64,000 nt of DNA from Carcharhinus longimanus. Its lineage: Eukaryota. Under the pieces are notes generated by a model. That model saw only the letters and a program-made list of their open reading frames with translations. It was not told the DNA's origin and searched no databases. Below are positions 54,001 to 64,000 of the stretch, one piece after another (position 1 is the first letter of the stretch; the number at the start of each line of letters is the position of its first letter). The position numbers and the translations under genes are program-made. Where the stretch lies: assembly GCA_030264375.1 (NCBI GenBank), contig JASCQW010000098.1, positions 21,469,147-21,533,146 on the forward strand. The letters are read 5' to 3'.

Positions 54001-54570
54001 TACATTCATCATCTGAAGCTTGTAGGCCAAATGAGATTTTGGGATGAGGGGGAATTTAGATATGAGAAGGAGTATTAGATAGGAGTATGCCCTTCCAGCA
54101 TCAATCATGGTCACTCAAATGATGGCTGCCACCTTCTCCTTCAAGGTGGTAAAGACATGCAGCCATGTCTGTCCAAAAGTTGTTAGGGACTGCTGTCTTT
54201 GGTTACATGCCATCTTGTTCCATAAGACAGAGGGGAGTCAGTTAGTGAATGTAATATAATATTTTTGGTTGATATTGTTATCATTGTTGAAAAGGTAGCA
54301 GTGTTTGTGCAAGTTGTGAAATGAGAGTATGAAGCTTGTAACCATGGTAAGTGTGTGTGAATGAAGTGCAGCATACAAATGTTAGCTATTAATCATGATT
54401 GATGGAGATTGTTGGTCGGTGAGTGATGACAGTGTGGTAAATTGAACAGTCTGCCAAGCTAATACTTCAGTTTGTAAGATGGGGCATTTGAAACTGCATT
54501 CTCTGACCTTGACCGCTCATGTGACATCATTGAACTTCTTCCAATGTTGCATCCAGTTCCGAGGTGTAAA
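51050..54570. mobile_element. Decayed two-gene PIF/Harbinger element: transposase (+) and Myb/SANT-like gene (-), with a CR1 tail inserted at ~51770-52400
   Basis: + strand 51560-51700 reads FGRIAGFP..QDATDRTH and RRGSTP/GIHSL (cf. IAGFPxVxGAIDCTH, RKGFHSLN). - strand 54510-54570 reads RNWMQHWKKFNDVT. Confidence 0.75.
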
Positions 54571-55666
54571 GCCCCAAAAAATCCTGAATGTAATTATGGA
54601 AATTTCCTGCATAAAGTTCATATTATCTAAGTGTTGTTTCCACTATTCTGCCATTCTGCTATTTCTTATGATAAATGATTTACCAACTAGGACAGATCCC
54701 AGTGGAGTTTTGACATTATGTGTGCAGTGTCCTAGTTTTTGCCATGTTGGATTAGCTAGTGTCTTCCTCAGGAACATAATGATAGACACAATACAAAATC
54801 CATCATTACTCACGTCCCCAGTGAGCAACTTCACTTTGACATCTTTTGAGTCTTGAAAGATACAAATCTTAGCAGAAATATAACAATTTGTAGACAATTA
54901 AGTAAAATTGCTATCGTTCAACACTTTAATAACGGTACAGTTCCCTGAGGACTTGTGAGTAATAAGACTAAATGACCACAAAACGTGAATAGGGTTTTCA
55001 ATATCAAGATTCAGATGCTTTATACAACCTCTCTGTCAGTCAGCAGTGAAAATGAAATGTTTTAACTTAGCCCTGGATCTGACTTTAGGATAAAGGAATA
55101 ATCAAGTCTTGTATTTTCTATTTAATGGACTCTGTCAATGCTATTATACAGTGCGTAGTTAACACTTTCTCAAATGGCAACACATGCTCTTGAGAATTCG
55201 GAATATAAAAAAAAGTAACAGCTACTGGGGATGTAATTTTTGATCTTTGACAAGCACAAGGAATGGAGCATGAAGTGTGAAAAATATAAAATCCTTGTTC
55301 TCACAGTTGGAAATAAAAGCATGCTGGGTGCATTGAACCAATGTTTCTAATGTGCCAAGTCCAGCTGCTGCACTTATATGCTTATAATTTCCCTTTAGAT
55401 AATGTTGAGACAAATTAGCATGTAGAATATTTTTCCAAAGCACTTAATACATTGTGCATGTGAAAATGTTTCAGGGTGTATAGAGCCAGAGTTGCTTAAA
55501 CATCTATCAGAGACTATTACAATCTCTTTTATCTCTGAGTCTTAATCTTAGTTCATTCATTCATTCATTCACTGAGTTATGTATTATGTTAGTAAGAGAT
55601 ACAATCTAAGGTATTCTGCTAAATACCTACAATATAAACAAAAAGCTAAACATACTCAACACAGGG

Positions 55667-58600
55667 TCATAGAGTCTTGGAGGTCTGCAGCACTGAAAAG
55701 AACCCTTCAGCCCTTCGAGTCTGTGATGGTCAAAGACAGATCACCCAACCATTCAAGTCCTTGGTCCATGGCCTTGTATGCCTTGGTATCACAAGTGCAC
55801 ATCTAAATGCTTCTTAAATGTTATGGGGATCTCCTCCTCCAACATCCTTTCAAACAGTCGGTTCCAGATCTCTATCAAGCTCTCAGTGATAAAGTTTTTC
55901 CTCAAATTCCCTCCAAACCTCCTGCCCTTTACCTTAAATCTATGCTTCCTGACGATTGATCCCTCCAACAAGTGGAGAAGTATCTTCCTGTCTATTCTAT
56001 CTATGCCCCTCATAATTTTATACATCACAATCATGTTCCCCCCTCATTCTCCTCCTATGCAATCTCTCTTCATAACGAAAACTCTCCAGCCCAGGCAACA
56101 TCCTGGTAAATCTCCTTTACATCATTTCCAATGTTATCACATCTTTCTTATAATGTGGATTCAGGACTGCATACTATATCCTAGATATAGCCTAACCAAC
56201 ATTTTATACAGCTACAGCATAATCTCCCTATTCTTAAATTTGATGCCTCGGCTAATAAAAGCAAGTATACCGCATGCCTTCTTAACCACTTTATCCATAT
56301 ATCCTGCTACCTTAAGGGGCTGGTATATAAGCACACCAGTGTTCCTCTGATCTGGTGCTTCCCAGGACCCTGTCGGTCATCATGTATTCCATTGCCTTGT
56401 TTGTCCTTCCCGAGTGCATACCTCACACTTATCCAGATTGAATTCTATTTGCAACTGATATGTCAAATGCATTACTCTCATCTGCACACCCGTCAAATCT
56501 TGGAAAATTTCAGTCAAGTTCATCAGACATGACCTCCCCTGAACAAAACCATGCTGACAGTTCTTGATTAATCCTTGCCTCTCTAAATGAAAATTATTTA
56601 TATTTTGCAGAATTTCTTCTAAGAGTTTCCCTACCACTGGGTTTAGACTGACTGGCCTGCAGTTTCCTGCTTTATCCCTTTCTCCCTTTCTCCCTTCTTG
56701 CACGATGGTACCACATTGGCTGCTCTCCAATCCTCTTCTGTGACCAGAAAGAAATTGAAAATTATTGCCAGCACCCCTGCTATTTCCTCTCTTGCCTCAC
56801 TCAACAGCTTGGGATACATTTAAAATGGCTGTGGACATTTATCTACTTTTAAGTCTGCTAGACCACTCAGAATCTCCTCTACACCTATGCTAATTTTTAA
56901 AATTGTATCACAGTCCTTCTCCGTGATTTCTTTATCCACATTGTCCCTCTCAGTAATGAACACTGTCACAAAGTATTCATTTAGAACCTTAACTACTTAC
57001 ATCCTCCGGCCGCATGCACACATTACCACTGTGGTCCTTAATGGATCCTACTCTTTCCCTAGTTATCCTTTTGCCCATAATATACTTGTAAAACAATTTA
57101 GGATTTTCCTTTATTCGACCTGCCAGTATCTTTTCATGTCCCTTTTCACTTTCCTAATTTCCTTTCTAAGTTTCCTTTTGCATATTCTATACTTTTCTAG
57201 GGTTTCTGCTGCTTTGAGCCAGTGATGTCTTCCATAAGCTTCTCTTTTTCTCTTTATCCAATGCTGTGTATCTTTTGATATCCACGGTTTGCTGGGTTTG
57301 TTGGGTCCCATCCTTTTTCTTCATTGGAACATGCTGGCCCTGTACTCTCCCTCTTTGCTTCTTGAATACATCCCATTGCCCCAACGCAGATTTACCTAAA
57401 AGTGTTTGGCCCCAGTCCACTCTGGCCAAATCATATCTGATCTTATAAAAATCAGCCTTCCCCTCAATTAAGAATTTTGATTAATGGACCATCCTTGTTG
57501 TTTTCTATAACAATCTTGAATCTAATGGAGTTCTGATTGCTGTCTGCAAAGTGCTCTCCCACTGATACTTCAACCACTTGCCCAGCTTTGTTACCTAAAA
57601 TTAAATCCAGAACCATTCCTACTTCTGTAGATCTTCTGTGAAAAAAGATTTCCCAGATGCATTTTAAGAATTCTGCTCCCTCTAATCCTTTCACACTATG
57701 ACTACCTCAGTTTATATTGGGGAAGTTGAAATCTCCCACTATCACTCCCCTATTATTTTTGCATGTCTCTGAAATTTGCTTACATATCTGCTCTTCTATT
57801 TCCCTTGGACTCTCAGCAATGTGATTGCTCCTTTTTGGTTTTTAAGTTCTATCCATATGGTTTCATTAGAAGAGTCTTCTAAGATGTTGTCCCTCCTTAC
57901 TGCTGTAGTTGATTCCTGATCAAAATTGCGACACCTTGTCCTCTTTTACCTCCTTCTCTGTCTCGCCTGAAGATCCTATGTCCTGGAATGTTGAGCTGCC
58001 AATCCTGTCCCTCTCTCAACCATGTATCAGTGACAGCAATGACATCATATCCCCATGTTTTAATATGTGCCTCAACTTACCTGCCTTTTTCATCAGACTC
58101 CTTGCATTAAAATAAATACGATCCAACCTTGCCAAACTCCCTTGTGCCTGAGCTGTCCGATAACCTCTATGCCATCCTGACTCACTTGCTGTCTCTTCTA
58201 ATTTTGACAGTGCATCTCCCCCCGTTACACCTTCTTTCAGGATCCCATGCCCCTGCCAAGTTAGTTTAAACCCTTCCCAACAGCACTAGCAAACCACCAT
58301 CTACAAGGATCCTTGTACAAGTCCTACTGTCCCCAAAAATGTTCCCAATGCCTCAGAAATCTAAAGCCCTCCTGACTACACCATCCTCAGACGCATTCAC
58401 CTGAATTAACATCTAAACTCACTAGCTTGAGGCACTGGAGGATTACTGCATTCTGGCTCCTGTTCTTCAATCTACTTCCTAGCTCCCAAAATTCAGCTTG
58501 CAGGGCCTCATCTTTATTTCTAACTATATCATCGGTACCAACATGATCTCTATCTGTTTGCCTCTCCCGCTTCAGAATTCCCTGTACTCGTTCAGTGGTA

Positions 58601-59270
58601 TCCCTGACCCTGTCACCAAAGAGGCAACATACTATCCTGGAGTCATGTTTGCGGCCACAGAAACGCCTGTCTGTTCCCTTTACAATTGTATCCCCTACCA
58701 CCATAACCCTGCCATTTGCTCTCCCCTCTTGTGCCACAGACCCATCCATAGTACCATGAAGTTGGCTGTCACTGCTTTCCCCTGAACAGTCACTTGCTGC
58801 ATAGTCACTTGGGACAAGCAAAGCTTTCATAATTTGCCATATAACACAAGAGGAGCATGTCACGGGTGTGAGCTCTCTTGCCATGACTGTCCTTAAGCCC
58901 CTTCTTTATTCCCGTTTTTAACAAAAAAAACCTATTCAAGAATGCTATCAATTTACTTCTCTTACACAAACTTTACTTCTCTTGCCCTGCTTTTCTTATT
59001 TATATTACTTTATTATAGTGATCTTGACTTCACTTATTTGCATTGTTTTTCAGCTAATCCCTTCTTCCAAAAAAAACACATTCCTCCCTCTCTTCACCCA
59101 TACTTAACAGACTGCCACTGTCTTTGCTTATTACACTCTGTTGTTACTACAGAATGCAGCCTTTACAAACTATAGACAAAATAAAGACCTTACAAATTAT
59201 AAGTAATAAAAATAATCAATACTTAATTGACCATATTCACCTAATCAGCTGCTTCTATTTGTCCTGGGTC
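55667..59270 (-). mobile_element. Near full-length decayed CR1 LINE (5'UTR, ORF1 zinc knuckle + SGNH esterase, ORF2 endonuclease/RT with internal deletion, 3' tail)
   Basis: ORF1 58387-58884: VTCSSC, VMVVGDTIVKGTDRRFCGRKHDSRIVCC, HVGTDDI. ORF2: LDLILGNKAGQV..EHFADS, GNCRPVSLNPVVGKLLE, QHGFVQGRSCL, YKIMRGIDRID. Confidence 0.92.
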
Positions 59271-61087
59271 ACTTTGAATTCTTACATTACCTCAGGAGCT
59301 TCACACTCCAAGTCAGCATTTACATTTCTCACTATCCGCACAGGTTTTCTTGTGATGTTACTCATCCTCTTTATTTTCAACAAGAAATGACTTGCAAGGA
59401 CCCTTCCTAGACATTTTAATTGCGAAAGCGATTGCGTGGACACTCTTCCCAGACTGCTTTACTGAGATTCTGACTGCGAGGACAGTCTTCCTAGACTAAT
59501 TTATGGTGCCTCTAACTGCAAGGACAGTCTTCTCAGATTGCTTTACTGTGACTCTGACTGCAAGAACACGCTTCCTGGGCTGCTTAATGGCAACGTTGAC
59601 TATGAAGACACTTTTCCGAGACTGATTCACAGTGACTCTGACTGTGAGAGCACTCTTCCCAGACTGCTTTATAGTGCCTCTGACTGAGAGGACACTCTAC
59701 CCATACATGACTGATACTATCTATGAAGAATTAACATTTCAGGTCTGTAACAGAACCTCTGTCTGAAATCTTTGAAACTCCCACTGCTAGGACACAAAGC
59801 ACGTTTTGAGATATCTGGCACGATGTTAGGTAGTATTTCATCAATGGTGGCCAATTAACAGGTCACCTCTAGCACTACTATCCAATGAGGAGGGAGGCTC
59901 ACCTCTCAGAGCTGCTGGAACAGTTGAGAGGGCCAACAGAGGTGGACACTGCTGAGGCTGCAGGAGAAGGGACAGGGCGCTATGACACTGAGGTGCCCTC
60001 AAAGGCAAGGAGTCAGGCCCTGGCAATTGGAAGCAGGGTGGCTGGAATCATGGATCACTATTGCTGCCAGTAGCCTCTCCAGAGCTGTTCAGTGGGTCAC
60101 AGAGAGGCCATCATGGTATGTTCCCCAGGATTCCACTGGGAGGAGCCACCATGGTTCATGTGACAGTCTCACCACTTGACAGAGGGCTCATCCCAAAGCC
60201 TGTAAAATCTCAAGGGGGCAGGAGTAGGCCATTAATTGACCAACTAATCCATTCATCAGTTCTTACTCCTCCATCACTGCATTTCCTTTTTGGGAATAAT
60301 CTATGATGGCAAGACATTGGGCTCACTTCCTGATGCCTTCCACCACTACTTTTTCATAATAGGCCCATAGAACCTGCATTGACAACAGCCCCACCCAGTA
60401 ACCCCACATATTCACCCTCTAACTCCCTTGACAACTTCGGGTCAATTTAGCACGGTCAATCAATCTAACTCACACATATTTGGAGGACATCTTTTACAGG
60501 ACTTCCTGCCCTCAGCCTATTTCAAGAGAACTGGTAAAATTCAGTTGGTGTTTCTGCCTCTGCAGGAGCTTCCTGGCCTCCTGAGTATTCTTAGAATTTT
60601 CTATGTATATTTGTGTCCTAGCAGTGGGAGTTTCAAAGATTTCAGTCAGAGGTTCTGTTACAGACCTGAAATGTTATTTCTTCATAGATGCTATCAGTCA
60701 TGTATGGGTAGAGTGTCCTCTCAGTCAGAGGCACTATAAAGCAGTCTGGGAAGAGTGCTCTCCCAGCCAGAGTCACTGTGAATCAATCTCGGAAAAGTGT
60801 CTTCATNNNNNNNNNNNNNNNNNNNNNNNNNNNNNNNNNNNNNNNNNNNNNNNNNNNNNNNNNNNNNNNNNNNNNNNNNNNNNNNNNNNNNNNNNNNNNN
60901 NNNNNNTGTCTAGGAAGGGTCCTTGCAAGTCATTTCTTGTTGAAAATAAAGAGGATGAGTAACATCACAAGAAAACCTGTGCGTATAGTGAGAAATTTAA
61001 ATGCTAACTTGGAGTGTGAAGCTCCTGAGATAATGTAAGAATTCAAAGTGACCCAGGACAAATAGAAGCAGCTGATTAGGTGAATAT
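59233..61087. repeat. Long inverted repeat: arms ~59233-59798 and ~60610-61087, with internal ~40-bp tandem subrepeats
   Basis: atattcacctaatcagctgcttctatttgtcctgggtc matches the reverse complement of gacccaggacaaatagaagcagctgattaggtgaatat; inner ends ccactgctaggacacaaa / tttgtgtcctagcagtgg. Confidence 0.9.
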
Positions 61088-61902
61088 TCTATGGATTTCT
61101 AGTGTCTGCACGATCTTGCCCTTTGAATCAATTCATTGAACGTTATGGAAACAGGACAGTGAAATTGGAAATTACTCCAAAGATGCACTGGGGAACCCCC
61201 ACCCCATCTCACAACCACCACTATTAACTCCACCAACCCCTGAGAGGTTTCCAGTCAAGAATTTCACGGCAATTAACTGGGAAGTGAAAACTTCCGATGA
61301 GCTGGAACCATCCGAAAATGTGTTTCCAATTACAGACTGCGGTTGATTCCAACTGTGTCACAGCAGTAGTACCCAGAGGACTTTCGAAGAATTAAAACCA
61401 CTTCTTGCTACTGGGTAAACATCATACAGATCCATACCTATCCTCACAAGGGCATCCACCCTCAACCCCTTCACCGCCGCACCCTCGATTACTTCTGTCA
61501 TGGGGTTCCCTGCCCCACAGGACTCTACTCAAGATTGAACCCTCCTCACAGGAATTTTTCCACCTACCTGACTACAATCCCGCAAAGGATTCTGTCCAGG
61601 ACTTCTGCAAGACCCCTCTACACAACCCTGACCCCACCTTCAGGGGACTTAGGGAACTTACTTCACCGACCAATTCCTCTTCCCCACCTGCTTCTCCGCC
61701 TGCTACTCACCCCGTCCATCTCACAACTGTTCATCCCCATTCCCCTGACTGTCTGAGATCCTTCCACAACCCATCCCCCCAACACGTCTCAATCACCTCC
61801 TGATTGTCCAAACCAGACTACCCCCCCGCCACTCAAATTCTACCCACTGACCTGAAAATCTTACCTCCTCCCAGGCCTGATAGTGGTTGAGCCTTAAACT
61901 CA

Positions 61903-62205
61903 CAATGGCACAGTAGTTATCACCGCTGCCTCACAGCTCCAGAGACCCGGGTTCAATTCCCGCCTCGGGTCACTCTCTGTGTAGAGGTTGCACTTTCTCC
62001 CTGTGTTTACGTTCATTTCCTTCACGTGTTTCCGGTTTCCTCCCATGGTCCAAAGATGTACAGGTTAGGTTGATTGGCCATGCTAAATTGCCCCGAGTGT
62101 CATGAGATTAGCAGAGTGAATGTGTGTGGTTGTGGCGGTAAGGCTGGGTGGGATTGTGGTCTCGATGAGCCAAATGGCCTCCATCTGTACTGTAGGGATT
62201 CTATG
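61903..62205 (+). mobile_element. HE1-like SINE
   Basis: tggcacagtagttatcaccgctgcctcacagctccagagacccgggttcaattccc...tgtagggattctatg. Confidence 0.9.
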
Positions 62206-63301
62206 AAAAGGGGTGGGGGTGGCCTCCTCCATCTGATTCTGCCATGTTCTGAAGTTTTCAGGAGCATGCTGCCTGTATATTTCTTGTTCGGCCTGAATTG
62301 AAAGGTCAGGCGAGACAGGATCAAGAAGGTTTCCAGGTAAGAAAGGCAGAGCGAATTGACAATCCAATTCTAATTGTCACTCCATGGAAATTCAGATGGA
62401 GTACATTACTAAACATCAAAAACCATAAGAAACTGGGTCTGCAGTTAACCATGCAGCTCATTGCTGATATACTTGTGGTCATAACTCTACTTTTCTCCCT
62501 GTGCCTATAACCCTTGACACTTTTGTCAATAGACACCTGGATAGCTCAGCTTTCAATATATTCAGTGACTCAACCTCTCCTGCTCTCAGTGAAAGAGAAC
62601 TCCAATTACCAATGACCCTCTGAGAATCTCCAATTAAGTAGTGCAGGATAGCAACGCAGACATTTGAGTATGATTTATTCACAGTGTTAGCAGCTACAAA
62701 TTCTGTGGTTTAAAAAAAAATTGTGGGCAATTTGTGCTTTCAAAAACTGGGGGCAACTTTACCCAGATACTGTAGATGTTAAAAGGCTTCTAAAGATTCC
62801 TCGCTAGGGTTTTCATCTGCAATACAGTTTAACCCCCATTCAGTACAAAGTAAAGCAGTTAAAATTCGTGCATGGAACAATCAGCTTGAACATTTTTAAG
62901 GGGCTGGTTTCCACCTAATGTTTCTGCTTGTGCTCATAAATCAGCTGAGTAGCATGTTTAGTAATCAGTGCTGCTGACTAACTTCTTCCAATGCAACCCA
63001 GCCAGTTAGAAGTAAATACAGTAAATTTCAGGATGTGAATAGGACCTCTGAAATGGATCAGGAGGCATTCAGGGATACCTTATCCAGAGTTCATCAGCAT
63101 CTTAGCCGCGTTTATTCTGGAAATTCTTCAACGACTTCATCTGGAAAGAGTAAGTGCTCTGAAGAGTAAGAATCCAAGTGTTCTTGGATAGGGTGGTGGA
63201 AAAGGACTTGGGTAAGGAACCTATCAGAGACTTAGTGAAAACCCAATGAGTCAAATGGTCTCCTCCTGTTCTATGATTCTTGGACACTTTATAGGACTCA
63301 C

Positions 63302-63533
63302 CAGGAGACAAAGAAGTGATTGATGATGGGTATCTTGTTAAGGTTCTCCGTTGGTTTGGAGGAGGAATGCAAAGGGGATATGAATCCAAAGCAGCATCAG
63401 CTCCTATAGGAGAGGGACAGGAAGGGGACGCAATATCTTTCCCCTCAGCAGGTACAGGACATTTTTCCTTCTTTGGGTCTTCTTCTGTGCTGTACCCAAC
63501 AATGTGTGCACCCTTTCTCACTCCCAGCGCCAT
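63302..63533 (-). CDS. Candidate first coding exon (77 codons + 1 nt), possibly exon 1 of the ALX-like gene
   Basis: ATG in strong Kozak context (ATAATGG), open frame MALGVRKGAHIVGYSTEEDPKKEK...PPPNQRRTLTRYPSSITSLSP, strong donor CCTG|gtgagt in phase 1. Non-repetitive sequence, with a LINE-tail-like repeat just inside the putative intron. ALX exon 1 also ends in phase 1. Similarity to ALX N-termini is weak. Confidence 0.45.
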
Positions 63534-64000
63534 TATGCAGCATGTTATTGCTTTGCTAAACAGGTTGAATGTCAACCTGTAAATCCTTCCAAAACATACC
63601 AGTGGCAGGTGGTAAGAGATTCCTGGGCAGCTATGTGATGGAAAGGAATTTGGAAGCTCTACCATCATTGTCCATAACTCCAAACTACAGCATGCATGTA
63701 AAAGTATATGTTGTCACAATAATTGGACTCCCTAAGTGATCTATAATACACTACCACATCGTGATGCACTGATAACATTTCAGCAAGGGTAATCTTTAAC
63801 AGTCCTTTGGCAATGTTGACACAGGCTCTGAGAGCTGCACCAATATGGATCAAAGACATTATAAAATGATTAGCTTCAGTTTGTTGTTATGGCTGCTGAA
63901 ATTGCTATGATTTGGGCTTCAGATAGAACAAGTACATTAATCCCAGGNNNNNNNNNNNNNNNNNNCATGGCTATCAAAGAAGAAGCATACTCTAAAGTGG

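Noticed and set aside
55778-56350. 190-aa plus-strand ORF
   Set aside because: Antisense to the CR1 ORF2 remnant.
59420-59700. Regularly spaced ~40-bp repeats (CRISPR-like at a glance)
   Set aside because: Tandem degenerate units without unique spacers, in eukaryotic DNA with no cas genes.
61903-61975. tRNA-like A/B-box sequences
   Set aside because: These are SINE heads continuing into the SINE body, not tRNA genes; same for the other copies.

Overview
Vertebrate genomic DNA, most likely from a shark (inferred from abundant HE1-like tRNA SINEs, HER1/CR1 LINE tails, Deu-domain SINEs and Penelope fragments), in a gapped draft assembly. The one firmly supported host coding segment is an intact 129-bp minus-strand exon (17567-17695) of an ALX/aristaless-like paired-class homeobox gene. 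It encodes helix 3 of the homeodomain plus the ALX-specific downstream motif. A candidate first coding exon lies at 63302-63533 (-). Neither the main homeodomain exon nor the terminal OAR exon is visible, so most of the window is probably large intron. The rest is layered mobile DNA: CR1 LINEs (one near full length with an esterase-type ORF1), RTE and L2 fragments, several SINE families, decayed two-gene PIF/Harbinger transposons and their MITEs, a solo LTR with a 4-bp TSD, and Penelope-like elements carrying minimal hammerhead-ribozyme motifs. Unusual structures include a ~565-bp-arm inverted duplication and a TGACAG-dense array. Repeat family names come from recognised motifs, not database searches, and repeat boundaries are approximate.
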